Source: Candidatus Cloacimonadota bacterium
Lineage (GTDB): Bacteria; Muiribacteriota; UBA6191
Direction of reading: 5' to 3'
Assembly: GCA_019454875.1 (NCBI GenBank)
Contig: JACFNL010000001.1
Location: forward strand, 83,648 to 147,647
DNA: 64,000 nucleotides
A model generated the notes under the pieces. It was not told where the DNA came from. It ran no database searches and saw only the letters and a program-made list of their open reading frames with translations. Numbering within the stretch: the stretch's first letter is position 1; the number at the start of each line of letters is the position of its first letter. Of the stretch, positions 1 to 12,800 are shown in pieces. Position numbers and translations under genes: made by a program.

Positions 1-28
1 GAGATAGTAGCACAGTAGGATTTTACAG

Positions 29-3000
29 TCAACGAAGGATCGCAAATTTTAAATTTACTCTGCGTCTGCGATCCCCATGCCTGGCATTCAACTTCATAAA
101 ATAGACCCCATTGGCTACACCTGGGGGTAGATAACTCATTAAATCTATCTTGATTGCTGAGGCAGGCATCAGATCGATTCTGGCAACTCTGGCTCCGGCT
201 GTATCATGTACAGAAATATTGAGTTCTTCCGGGGTTCTGGTAAATACACAATCCAGGTATCCACGATTGCGAATTGGATTTGGGTAAGTGGCGCACCTTT
301 CCAGATCAAACGGTTTTAAAACCGTTAAGACCGCTAATGCCCGTGTGTAGTTTCCAGCTGCATCATGGGACTCCACGACAAGGTCATGTTTTCCTGGGGT
401 AAGTTTCAGATCCCCCTCCCATTGATTGCTCTCATTAGGATTTAGGATATATGCTTTATTTTCTGCCACAACTTTAACTGAGGTCACCAGACTTTGAGGG
501 TCCTGACTGTAGATACTTACCTTCTGAGTCCCCATTTCCCAGTCCTGATTTAAACTGGAAATATCCAGTTCAGGGGGCATACTGTCTCTTATGAGACTAA
601 TCCGATTTAAATTTCCGCTACTGATGCTGTAACTCAGAACACCATTTTGACAGGCTAGTGTCTGGGGCGGCAATAATACCCCCTGTTCCCCTTTTTGCAG
701 AAATACAAGATTCTGGCAGTCCGTCTGAAGCTCAATTCTGCCTCTGGAACTAAGATCCATATCCGTTTTCTGGTGATGAACAAAGGGAAAATCTGAGAGT
801 GAATAGACAGTTCTGCCCGCTGTTTCCGAAAATGGCTCCAAAAACTCCGTCTGTTTCCTTGGGCCTAGTATCAATTTACCTATACTTTGACTGCTAGTAC
901 TCTGGTGATTGTCAACATGTAAAAACACGGTATCAGTAACCGTTCTTCCCCTTGTATCTTCTGCAGAAATGTTAAAACGCATATCACCAACAAAGCGCTT
1001 ATCAATCCGAAAGCCTCCAGCAATACCTCTGGCATAATTTTTGTTCCCCAAAGGTACTAGCTGCAGAGGCAGCATTTCCGACATACTCAGAACCGGCTGC
1101 ATCGCCTGACTGATCGTAATTTTTGGCTTACCCTGTCCAGGCTCCCAAAGAAGATAGTCATCCCTACCATCCCAGTCCAGCCCCTTAAACACATACCGAA
1201 ATTCATGCTGATCCACTGGGTTTGCAAATACTTTTACCTGGTACTCTGGCCCTTTATCCACTTTAAAAGGAATCTGTAGGTAGTTTTGTTTGCTGTCCGT
1301 TAACAGGACATTTCCAGCCTGGTCCCTAAATCCCTGGAAATGAAATATTGCCTGACCATTTACCTTGGATTTTGGCATCTGGAACATAAATCTTAATTCA
1401 TTGGTTTCAACAGGCAATTGATAACCGGACTTCATGGTGATTAGTTCCTGGTTGCGTAGAAACCTTACAAACACTGTTTCGTCTCCGTGAATCCTTATCA
1501 GTTCTGGAGCCTTGAATACAAACTCAAATACTTCCGATGTCGCAAAGGTGTCTGGATGGGATGGGTCAAGAAGCAGATCGCCTTCGACAAAAAATACCTG
1601 GGTAGCAAACATGGTAGAAACCTGGCTATCCAGAAAAATCTTTTCCCCACGGCCAAACTGTGCTAGTGGTGTACCTTGTCTGGCGGCATCCAAAGCTTCA
1701 ACAAACCAGTAAATTTCGTCCGTTGCAGAGGGTAAAACAGGAACTCCAGAGCTGGTAACATAGGTAAAGTCAACCTGGTACTCCAGGGTGTTGGCTGGAA
1801 GATCAATCACAGTTGTGCGATCTCCCGGTGTCTGACTTTCCCGAGACAGATGAAGTCTGTACGACTTGGCAGCCTCCACGGCCTCCCATTGCATTTTTAG
1901 CACGGGATTACTGGTGACAGTACTAACCGTTGTTCCGCGAAAAAATGATGTGGAACGAGGAGATATTCGTGTTGGGATAGGGATCGTATTGGGATTTAAT
2001 TTAAGAATCCGCCTGGATACACTCAGATTGCCAGCCAGATCCTGGGCCACAAATTCAAAACTGGCCTGTCCTGGTCTTCCTGGCAGGCCCAAAACTACGG
2101 GAGATATTCCTTCTATCACAAAGGCAAGTTGCTCCGTCTCAGCAGGATAGTCTGGCTGGGCCATAGAAGTCAGTATCTGGGGGCGGGTAGTTGTCAAAAG
2201 GTTCCCGGCCTGTTCCGTATCGGGATTCCATTGATAAACATTCAGAACCAGTGTGGATAAATCGGGATTTCCTGAGGTGTTTGTAAGAAATCCACAACCC
2301 CTGTCGGCCAGATGACCCTCAAAACGAAAAGTCTGGGATGTGATAAATTCCAGATCTCCAAGATCGGCCACGGATACGGTTGGGGCCAAGGTATCCAAAA
2401 TCAGTGTACTGGTAAAACCAACCTGGTTGGATGCCAGATCTGTAACATCCCCCCGGAGTCGGTACAATCCATCTTTAGTTCCATCCTTAGGCATTCCTAA
2501 ACGGCCCTCATGGCGAATTTCAAGGGCAGCTATCTGGGTCGCCATATCAGATGGATCCTGAGACAGAAACTTCATCACCCCTTCTGTTACACTACCTGAA
2601 GGGAAAAAATTATAACCAGGATACGGTGACATCAGCTCCAGTTTCAGATTGGTCCTTTTTCTGTCTATACCTGAAATGGCCTGAGGCACTCCAGCCCGAT
2701 CCTGAAGCGATAGCTGGGCAAGGGACAATTCCGATACACAGGCCCCATCCACGGGAAAACTTTGTAGTACTATGGGGGCCAGTGTGTCATAAGTATAGGA
2801 ATGAGTTTTTTCTGTGATATTACCTGTTTTGTCAGAGGCCCTGATCCTTATTTCATAAATCCCGTCGCTGCTCCCATCCGTTGCCGGCAAAGAGGTGGTG
2901 CTAAATGTTCGGTAGATGGACTGTTTTGACTCATCAACAATTTTAGTGCTCTCAAGCAAGAGATTGCCGGGACCTGCAATCACAAAATCTGATACAGAAT

Positions 3001-6000
3001 AGTCCGCTTCAAAATCCAGTATGGAAACTGAATTGTGAGGTCCGGTGTTCACAGAAACCGGCATCGTAGATACAAAAGATTTATCTTCAGGGTTACTTAA
3101 AAACAGGGGTTCAAGAATACCTTTTCTATCGAGAAAAAATGTGCGGTAAAAGCGCTTTTCATTACCCACATTATCCTTGCCAAGATATTCAAACCTGTAG
3201 GTTCCATCTGTCACAATAGGCGTGGCCGGTCGGGCTGCCAGATCAAAACCAGCTTCCCCAGGCACAAAAGTTATCAGGGGGACTTTAGCTAAAGAATCAA
3301 GACCAGTCTGCAATGGGCCAAACAGCTCGATTTTTAAACCGGGAGTAGAAATTCCCGATGCGTTTTGTGTGGTTAACTGATCCTTAAACCAGTCCTGCAA
3401 ATCAATTCTGGTGGATACAATCGTAGTCATAAGAGTTGAATCTGTCGGCGAAAGAATAATTGTGGGGGCTGAGGCTCTTGCACTAGGTGCAACTGTGTCC
3501 ACAATCATGGCTAGACCTGTAGTTCGGGCCACGGGGTTTCCAAAAAAGTCCTCTCCTCCACTGACCTCAAATTCCACAATTCCATCATAATCAAATTCAA
3601 CCGGTTCAACCTCATACAGGTAACGAAAGGTAAATGTACCTAACTCCTGAGGAAACACGGAAGGCAGTTTGGCCGCCTGTTTAAATACATAACCAGCCTG
3701 TTTCATACGAACATCCGGTGCTTTACGCATGGGGAAAAATGCCTCCATTTCCAAAGGCACAAGATCAAATGAATAAAACACGGTCTGCCAGGGACTCGAT
3801 ACCGTGGAGTCCGGAAAAATTAACACCCTATCCCCTAAGTCTGGATAATTAAGAATACTCAGTTTGTTGAGTGGTGCTTCTGTATCATTTTTGTGAATTT
3901 CAATGGGCCGTACAGATAAATCCGGATCGGTATTGTCAAATCTATCAATCATTTGTACCCAGACAATTGTTGGTGTACTCAAGGAATTGGCAACTGTGGA
4001 AATATCTACATTCTCCAGCCTGAATACCCCCTGATCATCTGCTGAGAACGGTACACAGGTGAGATTGGCACAAACAGAAAGGGTAGAATCGAGAAGGGAA
4101 CCAGGAATTGGTATGGAACCCGGAGTTGTTCTAGGGATTCTGGCCTGGGAATCAATTACAAATCCTGCCGGTGCCCCAGCAGGTGGCAACAGTAAAAAGC
4201 CTCTGGAATTAGGTTCGGATGTACCCTGTAAAAGCATGGTATCTGTATTGATGTACAATACAGGCAGGGTAGTTCCCGGTAAAGGAGCTGGAGCCTGCAA
4301 AACGGGAGCTATGGGAGGATTTACATCACGGATGACACTCATGGAGAGAATCGCCCCCAGATTCCCCAGATTATCAGAAGCCTGAATCTGAATGAACTCC
4401 TCAACCCCATCCAGAAGGTCAAACAAGGGAACATTAGCCCTCCAGTTGACGCTATTTCCGGTACTGACTGGAATAGGAGGCTGAGGCACATTAAAGGGAA
4501 ATCCATTGTATGCAACCGATATATCAGTGCCTCCAGGGGCTTGATTTACATCTCTTAAGATAATCTCTGGAATACGATTCCCTGAAATGCGAATCTGTGT
4601 GGTAATTCCAAAACCATCAATTGCTGTACCATTCAGATTGAGTCCTAGGCCATCTGGCAAGGGAATTCCTGTGATCAAAAAGCTGGGATCAACCCCGGTA
4701 ATGGCTACCGGATCTACAGTTAACTCAGGAGATTTTAAGGACACTAAAAACTTGAGATCGTCCGCTCCCGAAAAGTTCGGCGCAGTGGGAAAGTTTTCAT
4801 AGTTATCATCAGGCCCCGAGTCCTGAAGCCTCATGGCCAAATCAGGCCCAGTCAAATCTTTAAGTACAGTAACCGAAGTACAGGGATTGCTTCGGTTGCC
4901 AACCTGATCCAGAAGACACAGATTAAACTGTAAAATCCCGTCAGGTACATTTTCAAAATTTACAATTCGATCCATGTTAAAGCGTTCAAACACCAGATTG
5001 GCAAAACGGTTGGTGGCATCTGGAAAATCAACTGTAACTACAGCACCGGTAGGAACCCCCTGTGGATCTGTGATGGCAATAGTCTGTGAGGTTGCAACAA
5101 AAGCATCATCGAGGGGAGAAAATGTTGCCGGAACCAATCCTCCCGAAGATGTGGGAATTACAAAAGTCTGTATCCCCTCCACTCCTGTGGAAGTCAGTCG
5201 AAAAATCTCAAAGAAAAACTCTACTCTCCCATGTTCTGACAGTACGGAATTTGGATCCTGGGTGGCTTCGGCCCTGACTGTAAAAAGTCTTTGCGTGATG
5301 GCATCTCCATCCTGCAGATTGGTGAATACCGGGGTAGGAGGGGGGGCATAATCCTTGATCAGAAACAACTCAGCCACATTAGCCACATTCACATTGCCTA
5401 AGGCATCTTCCGGCACATAAAACAGACGGTAAGCCACCTGTCCCGCTGGAGTATAGGCCGGAACTGTAAGCACCGGCTCAAAAATACTGGCATCTATCAA
5501 ATCAGCAAACTGTCCCGTATTAGGATCCGTAAAAAAAATTCTGTCATTAAAGGGTCCTGTATTAACTCCTGCATCAAGATCCGGTGAATCCTGAGAAAAC
5601 ACATGCATCTTGGAAGGCTCGCGCCGCTCGTTTCCTACTGCACCCCGAACCGTAAATATGCTGTCCTCAAATGGTGGATCCACCGATGGAGGCGTATTTC
5701 CAAATATAAAAACCGAGGCCGGACTCTGAAGAATGGCTGCCTGTGGGGGAACTGTATCTTTTCTGATAAGAATTCTTCTGGGGATACCTGGTGTGGGATT
5801 GGTCAAGGTACCAAAGGCATTAAATGCCCCTGGGGATAAACCTCTTTGGGTTTCTCCATGAGCCGCATCCCTGGCTCCCACAATCACTTCATAATCTCCA
5901 TCAGGAATAGTCTTGAAGTCAAATCCGATTGCAGAAAACTCTCCTAGGGCAGGTCCAGTACGGGCTGGAGTAATGTTTGGCGAGGAAAGACCGGGGCTTC

Positions 6001-6895
6001 TATCAATCAAAGCCACTGCCAAGGGTTGCGGTCCCGTAAATGTGGTGACATCGCCAATAAATTCCACTAATAAGGGTGGGCCAGTAGGAGGAAACCCACT
6101 TAAAATCCGCCCAAGCTGGGCTGCCACGAGGGCATTGGATTCTGGCCGTGCCACAGTGGCCACTGGATTGGGATTGGGAGGGGTGTCTGGATCATTATCA
6201 AAAATTGCCGGATTATTAACTACAGTACCAACAAATGTGACCTGCAAGGAGTTTCCAGGAATATTGACATCTACTCGGTTAAAAAAGACTTCAAGAAATA
6301 CTTCCGGGTTGGATGGACTAAAATTACTGAAAAAATTTCTTACTGTTGGTGTGGGCAGATTTAAAGTTCTGCCCCCTTCTATATCAAAAGCCCCGATAGC
6401 TGGAGCAGCTGGTGGCCCCTGATCCACAATAAACCGCAGCTCATCACCACTGGAAAAAGTCAATGGGCCCAGATCCCATCCGGCACCACCCCCGTCACCA
6501 ATTGGATTTCGGGCAAAAAGATAGAGCCAGGTCAACCCCTCAAACAGGGGAATGTCCTGATTGGTAGGAATTCCCTCATCCACATCGGCAATGGTTTGTA
6601 TGGTCTGGGCAAACACAGGGCTGTTTTCAAATTGATTCATGATACGAATGTCTGCCGGAGTAGACTCTACCGTATAAGTGAAACTGCCTAAAATTGTGGG
6701 GCCTACATTGCCTCCTGAATCAGTAATCAGACTCTCACCATCATTGGGATCATCAATAAATTCAAATCTGGTAATAGCCGCGTCTGTTATAAAGGACAAC
6801 AAACAAAAACAGACAAAAAGCAGCCGTAAAAAATGACAACGGACAATGAAGTACATAAGAGGCTTCAATCTACCTTTTTTTGTGCGACAGTTCAA
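29..6895 (-). CDS. Giant secreted surface protein (2288 aa), adhesin-like, with T9SS-type C-terminal sorting domain
   Basis: N-terminal signal peptide (likely ATG at 6856; the ORF-track start at 6895 is TTG). Many repeated DTxAP/DTVPP-type Ig-like module starts. C-terminal ~80 aa reads CATYPNPIRNRGYLDCVFT...NISVHDTAGARVARIDL...GVANGVYFMKLNARHG...KFAILR, the pattern recalled for the T9SS type-A CTD (TIGR04183: YPNPf...IyDxxGrxV...GvYFyrL...kmvLlK). N-terminal and internal blocks are paralogous to the upstream giant ORF. Confidence 0.6.
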   Translation of the reverse strand: MNCRTKKGRLKPLMYFIVRCHFLRLLFVCFCLLSFITDAAITRFEFIDDPNDGESLITDSGGNVGPTILGSFTYTVESTPADIRIMNQFENSPVFAQTIQTIADVDEGIPTNQDIPLFEGLTWLYLFARNPIGDGGGAGWDLGPLTFSSGDELRFIVDQGPPAAPAIGAFDIEGGRTLNLPTPTVRNFFSNFSPSNPEVFLEVFFNRVDVNIPGNSLQVTFVGTVVNNPAIFDNDPDTPPNPNPVATVARPESNALVAAQLGRILSGFPPTGPPLLVEFIGDVTTFTGPQPLAVALIDRSPGLSSPNITPARTGPALGEFSAIGFDFKTIPDGDYEVIVGARDAAHGETQRGLSPGAFNAFGTLTNPTPGIPRRILIRKDTVPPQAAILQSPASVFIFGNTPPSVDPPFEDSIFTVRGAVGNERREPSKMHVFSQDSPDLDAGVNTGPFNDRIFFTDPNTGQFADLIDASIFEPVLTVPAYTPAGQVAYRLFYVPEDALGNVNVANVAELFLIKDYAPPPTPVFTNLQDGDAITQRLFTVRAEATQDPNSVLSEHGRVEFFFEIFRLTSTGVEGIQTFVIPTSSGGLVPATFSPLDDAFVATSQTIAITDPQGVPTGAVVTVDFPDATNRFANLVFERFNMDRIVNFENVPDGILQFNLCLLDQVGNRSNPCTSVTVLKDLTGPDLAMRLQDSGPDDNYENFPTAPNFSGADDLKFLVSLKSPELTVDPVAITGVDPSFLITGIPLPDGLGLNLNGTAIDGFGITTQIRISGNRIPEIILRDVNQAPGGTDISVAYNGFPFNVPQPPIPVSTGNSVNWRANVPLFDLLDGVEEFIQIQASDNLGNLGAILSMSVIRDVNPPIAPVLQAPAPLPGTTLPVLYINTDTMLLQGTSEPNSRGFLLLPPAGAPAGFVIDSQARIPRTTPGSIPIPGSLLDSTLSVCANLTCVPFSADDQGVFRLENVDISTVANSLSTPTIVWVQMIDRFDNTDPDLSVRPIEIHKNDTEAPLNKLSILNYPDLGDRVLIFPDSTVSSPWQTVFYSFDLVPLEMEAFFPMRKAPDVRMKQAGYVFKQAAKLPSVFPQELGTFTFRYLYEVEPVEFDYDGIVEFEVSGGEDFFGNPVARTTGLAMIVDTVAPSARASAPTIILSPTDSTLMTTIVSTRIDLQDWFKDQLTTQNASGISTPGLKIELFGPLQTGLDSLAKVPLITFVPGEAGFDLAARPATPIVTDGTYRFEYLGKDNVGNEKRFYRTFFLDRKGILEPLFLSNPEDKSFVSTMPVSVNTGPHNSVSILDFEADYSVSDFVIAGPGNLLLESTKIVDESKQSIYRTFSTTSLPATDGSSDGIYEIRIRASDKTGNITEKTHSYTYDTLAPIVLQSFPVDGACVSELSLAQLSLQDRAGVPQAISGIDRKRTNLKLELMSPYPGYNFFPSGSVTEGVMKFLSQDPSDMATQIAALEIRHEGRLGMPKDGTKDGLYRLRGDVTDLASNQVGFTSTLILDTLAPTVSVADLGDLEFITSQTFRFEGHLADRGCGFLTNTSGNPDLSTLVLNVYQWNPDTEQAGNLLTTTRPQILTSMAQPDYPAETEQLAFVIEGISPVVLGLPGRPGQASFEFVAQDLAGNLSVSRRILKLNPNTIPIPTRISPRSTSFFRGTTVSTVTSNPVLKMQWEAVEAAKSYRLHLSRESQTPGDRTTVIDLPANTLEYQVDFTYVTSSGVPVLPSATDEIYWFVEALDAARQGTPLAQFGRGEKIFLDSQVSTMFATQVFFVEGDLLLDPSHPDTFATSEVFEFVFKAPELIRIHGDETVFVRFLRNQELITMKSGYQLPVETNELRFMFQMPKSKVNGQAIFHFQGFRDQAGNVLLTDSKQNYLQIPFKVDKGPEYQVKVFANPVDQHEFRYVFKGLDWDGRDDYLLWEPGQGKPKITISQAMQPVLSMSEMLPLQLVPLGNKNYARGIAGGFRIDKRFVGDMRFNISAEDTRGRTVTDTVFLHVDNHQSTSSQSIGKLILGPRKQTEFLEPFSETAGRTVYSLSDFPFVHHQKTDMDLSSRGRIELQTDCQNLVFLQKGEQGVLLPPQTLACQNGVLSYSISSGNLNRISLIRDSMPPELDISSLNQDWEMGTQKVSIYSQDPQSLVTSVKVVAENKAYILNPNESNQWEGDLKLTPGKHDLVVESHDAAGNYTRALAVLTVLKPFDLERCATYPNPIRNRGYLDCVFTRTPEELNISVHDTAGARVARIDLMPASAIKIDLMSYLPPGVANGVYFMKLNARHGDRRRRVNLKFAILR

Positions 6896-9800
6896 TCAAC
6901 GCAGCACTGCAAACTTGCCACGATGTACAAATTGTTTACGGGAGGTTTCCAGTCTCAGTCTATAAAAATACACCCCATTGGCAATTTCATTGCCAGAACG
7001 GGTGCGTAAATCCCAGTGCATCCGATTACGACCAAGGACTGGTGTCATCTCCTGGGTGGCAACAAGCCGGCTTGCTGCATCATATACACCAAACCACGCT
7101 CTCACCGCTGGTTCATTGGCAAAAAACTCAATACTTAAATCCTGAGATTTTCGTACAGGAGATGGGGCCACCTGCACCCACTCCAAACCTTCCCCCGCAA
7201 GCATCAAAACTGATTTTTGCAGCCGTGTTTCCCGGCCACTGCGATCCCTGGCAGAAATATTTAGTGATACTTCTCTGCTGCTTTGAGCTTTAGGAACAAA
7301 AAGGCTTATCTGATCCTGTCTTTTTCTGTCCCAGTCAAGAGAAACATCATCTAGCTTCACACTAAGACTTTGCCAATCCGGCCCACTACCTGAATCACTC
7401 AGCTCAAAGGGGGCATCAAACCAGCCTGAAACCATGGCATCAGCCCCAGTCCACTCCAGTTTTGGATCTACCATATCCCTGGCCACAACATAATCCCGGC
7501 CCAATCGAATGTGGGAAGCATTCAGATCACCGGCGTACAAAAGCTGCCCATCCCCAAGTACCTCATAAACTCCAGCATGGGTAAGCGAACCAATTCTTGC
7601 GACCGAGGGACTGATCTTTAATTTGGCTTCCAATCCATTTGCCTCACTGCCAGCACCAAAAATTCTGGCATCATAAAGAAGCTCCAACTCGCCTGAAATC
7701 TTCTGAATCGGGCTTAGATTCCCACCCAACCAGACTGAACCTGGCTTTTGGGTTTCTGGAACCATCAAATCCAGATGATATCCTGACTGCGGCAAAACAA
7801 GGGACAGACTTGCCTTAGGTTCATAAGCCTCAACCCTGATTTCATTTTCTTTTTCAATCCATCGTCCATAACGATCCGTCACTCTGGTTCTTAGAAAAAA
7901 GAAGCCGCTTTCATTACCTTGAAACACTAGTGGCATGGTATAAGTGTGGGCTACTACCCTTCCTTCCAGAATTCTTTCTTCCACTGCCAATGCCTGAATT
8001 GGCCGAATTGCCTGATTTTTCAAAAGTTGGAACTGGGGAGAAATCAAAAGGTTGTTTTGTCTTTCTATGGGCATTTCTTCTAGTAGGCCCCTAGCTGATA
8101 CAAAGCGCACTACGGCTACAAGTTCCTTGTTGCTCACGGGATTGGTGAATAGGCGCAAACTGACTTCTGCACCGAAGTCTGGAGTGATCATGGTAGTAAA
8201 TCCACTCATTTTCTGGCCAAGAAGATCCGAAAAATCGCTGATACTCAACTCCAGGTTTTCCCGAGGATAGGATTGTCTGGGATTGATGGGGATTTCTCCC
8301 GTAAACCGAATCTTTTGTGTGGTGGAACTGCCCGGTGGCATAGACTTTAGCATTACCGTCTGACCCATATTTTTTAAAATCACGGAACCGGAAGCAAAAC
8401 TGCCGTCAGGTCTTTGTAGATATGGCTTGGAGAAGGACAGTTCAAGTTCAAATACATTGGTGCTAAGTGTGGTGTCTTTTGAAGACAGGTTTTGAATCTG
8501 ATTGCCTGTGATAAGGCTGGCATTTTCCAGAAAAAACGGCCTGCCATCCAGAAAAAATGTCCTGGGAGGACTAAATGGGGTGCTGTTTGCCAAAGAGTTT
8601 AGACCCCGAATACGAACCTCAAACGGCTCCAGTCCTGATGCTGGGCTGGTGGGAGTAAGACTTATCAGTTCAGAAAACAGATCCGTTGCCGGATAAATCT
8701 TCTGAAACACAACCCCTGAAGCACTGCCTAAAAGCCTTCTAACTTCAATCTCCACCTGATTCAGACCACTGATCATTTCCCATTCCACACGCATCAGGGC
8801 TGAGGATTGAATCCAGGGACTGCTCTCCCCGTTTTGAACTGTTTCATCAGGAGGAAAAAGAATTCTTGGAATCCCTCGATTGGCCTGTAAAAGACTCAAT
8901 ACCCGTTTCATAACAAAAGAATTCCCGGCCTGATCCTCAGAAACAAGCTCTACTTCATAAAAACCAGCTGGAAAAATTCCTGGAATAGAGGTTGTGAATC
9001 CAAAGTCGGCCTGTGCTGAATGATATGGAAATGAGGTTTCTGCCTTTGGAATAAGATTATCTACGGGCTGGGGAAACAGAACAGGAGCTCCGGCTACCTG
9101 ATTGTTGGGATCAAAAAACCGTAAACCCACACTTAGGGTAGTGTTTTGACTATGCTGTGCCCCCCCCACAAAGAAGTGACAGGGACCATCATCCTGGATG
9201 GAGCCAAAGACCTCCAGATTTATGCCTAAAGTGGTGAGAAACAGGCGGCCCTCACTAAAATCCTGAATACGGATACTCGGTGCCTGGTTATCATAAAAGA
9301 AGTGGGATGTCTCTTCTCTTATATTACCGGCATAGTCCAAAATTTTGGCCTGAAGCTCCATTTTCCCATCAAGACTCCCGTCCGTTGCCAGAATTTTTGG
9401 AGTAGTCGGAGTACCAGAAGGTAAAAATGCCAGCTTGTAAAGAGAAGTCGGGATGGCCTCCTCAACTGATAAAAGCTCAGAGTCTCCACCAATAAATCCT
9501 GGCTGAGCCTCGGGGTTGGTAGGCAGATAGGGTTCGGCCAGAAAAAGTTTTAATCTACTTTCTCTTGCCACCCCGGATACGGGAACAGGAACATCGAGTC
9601 TTCCGGGCAAGTCCTGTGTAATAACATCAAGAATGGAAATGGGACCTCTTTGGCATGTTCCCGCAGGTGGATAAAATCCCTTAAATACGGGAGCCTGACT
9701 ATCCAGTAAAAAACTGTGAATCTTTTCTGTGGTATTGCCAGACTTGTCTACAGCAAAAATATGGATCTGATACAGTCCATCGATTGAGCCATCATATACT

Positions 9801-12800
9801 GGTGGAACTGTCAGAAATCTTCGTAAATGATTGGGAGCAATGATTGAGGTAGTTGAAAGACTTACAGGATTGCCCAAAGGATCAAACAGGGAAAATCCAC
9901 TCAAATTTTCATTGGTATCCAGTCTTTGAATGATTAAATCAACAAAAGCCGAACCCCCCGTGGTTGGAAAGCGGGATATCACACTTTTATCGGTTGGATT
10001 CGTGAGAAGAAGTGGCTGGGCTATTGGAGTTTGATCATAAACAAAACTGGAATAAAATGGATGTTGATTGCCTACATTATCCACAGCCACAGTGCTGATA
10101 CGGTAGACTCCATCAAGCAGTGGACTCAAAATTCTTACTGTTTTGTCAAATCCTGCTACAGGGGTAGTCAAAGGGAGAAGGGCTAGTGCATTTTCAGGAT
10201 TGATATGTAAGGGACCCCGGATTTCAAGGGTGGAGGCCGCAGTGTTTAATCCAGAACGATCAAGGCTTCCATTGCTTGTTACAAAGTCATCCCAATCTAC
10301 ACTGACTTCAATCCCCTGCTGATTCACTCTTTCACCCTGTGGGGGAATAAAACGGGGGCGAACTTCCTCGACTAAAAAGTCCGGGCTCGTAGTCGCTAAG
10401 TTAGGGGCCAGTGAATCCACATAAAATGCTGTTGTGATAGTGGCACTGCGTACAGCATTACCAAAAAGATCCACTCCCTTAGAAACTAGAGCCTGTACCT
10501 GTCCATCAAATCGTCCCACCTGGCTTATAGGAGAATAACTGTACTCAAATACAGTGGATGCACTGCCTTGCGGCAAAGAGGTCAAAAGACTGGCAATTCT
10601 GGTGGTAGCACCAAACTGCAAAAGAGAAAGCTCAGGGGCCTTAACCATAGGAATGATAGTCCTGAGCCGAAACTGTACTGATTCCAGGGGAGTAAATAAG
10701 GTGCTCAACAAGGATGGGGGCAGACTCGATGGTGGAAAAATTACAATATCAGTTAACTGATTACGAAACTCAATAATTTCCAAAGATGCTATTGGGGCCC
10801 CTCCCGGAAAATAGAAAATTTCAATCCCCTCGGAAGATGCCTGTGGATCCGTATTGGAAAAAGCATCCACTGCCTGAACCCAGATCGTGGTTGGTATCGT
10901 TGGGCTCTGGGGCAGATGATCAATGGCTACCCGTGTATCAAAGCCACCATCATCATTGACAAAAACCTCATGCCAGGATGCCACAAAAGCTGTCTGAGGC
11001 AAGGAGCTGAAAAATGAGTCCGTTCTTGGGATTGTGGTTGGTGAGCTTAAGGGTAGTCTTGGCACTGTCTGGCCTGTGACAAAACTGCCTGGGTCGGTAC
11101 TAGGAGTAAGAATCACTACCTTGGAACGAAGACTCTGATTGACTGCCACCTCAAGTACAGGGGCATCATTGGGTGCTAGACTACCGGCAATTCTTAGGGA
11201 GTCCGTAGAAGTAAAAACCTGCCTTCTTCCTGTAAATGGAATAATGGGGGGATCGGAGAGAACGGGGCGACGGGCCGGGATTACATCACGAAAAATCTGA
11301 ACCGAGGTTGTAGGGCCAGAGATTCCGTTCTGATCAAATCCGCGTAAGTCCAGAATCTCTCTTTGAGCTTCTGGAATGGTGCTCATATCAACATCTACAA
11401 AAAATACGGCATCGGTAAGATTTAATCCAGCCAGATTGGAAGTGACCGAACTTACATGCGCTCCGGTTAACTCAACCCTGTCAATAAATGAGATGCCGTC
11501 GATCACCTGCCCCACCAAACGCAGCTGATCCATCGTACCTGGATCAGGAACCAAGGGCTGTACCCCATCAGGTCCAGTATCCACGGTAAACTCAGGGCTT
11601 ATCAAAGACACAACAAAGGCTTCATCATCAGCACCGAGACGATTTGGAAAAGGAAACTGGTTATCCGGTCCGGAAAACTGCCTCTCGGCATCCGAAAAAC
11701 GAATGATTGGGCCTGTTGTATCTTTGATAAACACAATAGAGGTTGTGTTTACAGACCGGTTGCCAACCTCATCCTCGAGATGAATAATAATTGTCATCTG
11801 TCCATCTATAAACCCATCGAGGTTTACAATTCTTGAAAATTCAAAGGTACTGGGAACATTTCCAAAAAAATCGACCCCTGTCAGACCAGCCCCCCCTAAA
11901 GGTGAAGGCGGTATATTCCATGTCAGATTGTCGTCCAGAAGAGACGACTGATTGGCTGGATCCAAAAAAAGACCGTTACCCACAGTAGTAAAAACCGAAG
12001 CAAAACCACTGCTATCAATCACAGTCATACTCATATTCACATTGCCATGTTCCCGTAAATCATCAGGAGGTACCCCCGTATTCTGGTTTGATCCTGATAC
12101 CCTTACAGTAAGCAGACGGTTTGTAACAATCACTGAAGGATCCACAGGATTTAACAAAACTGGATCCGCTGGGGGCTGTAAATCCTTGATCACATAAAGA
12201 GCACTAGTTGTCTCCGATGTGTTGAGCTGGGGATCTACAGGATAAATTACAAGCTGATAACCTCGTTGACCACCAATGGCTGGATGAGGATTGGGAGGTG
12301 ACAGGGTGGAATCCGGTAAAACAGGGGTAAAATCAAGTCTTTGAAAAAAACTGCCCCCACCAAAGGTTGGAATCTGTTCAAAGTGTCCATTTTTTCCAGG
12401 GGTTGTAACTAGTACCCCATCATCACGCCGTAAATCCACCTGAACTATATTTTCATCCCCCCTTTCATCCTGAACTCTGCCGGTTACATCAAAAAGTTCC
12501 CCCTGATAAGTCAGGTAGGGCAAGGGGGGTTCGGACTGATCCCCAACAATCAGAATACGGCGGTTGGGTACCATACTGACCTCAAAGGAATTAGGAGGAA
12601 TGGTATCCCGAATGACTGAAATGATGGCTGTCACACCTGGGACACGGCCAGCTGAGGCCGTCACAGCCCCTGGGGACTGTCCATTTAAGGTCTGGGCAGC
12701 CGTAAAATCATCAGAGGATATCCAGATTTCATAATCCCCGTCATTCATACCCGTAAAATTGTAATTAAAGGTTGTATACATGCCAGGCCCTAGGGATGGG

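Noticed and set aside
1512-6422. Multiple 60-170-aa plus-strand ORFs inside the first giant gene
   Set aside because: All antisense to a continuous 2288-aa reading frame with consistent paralogy to the second giant. No independent support.
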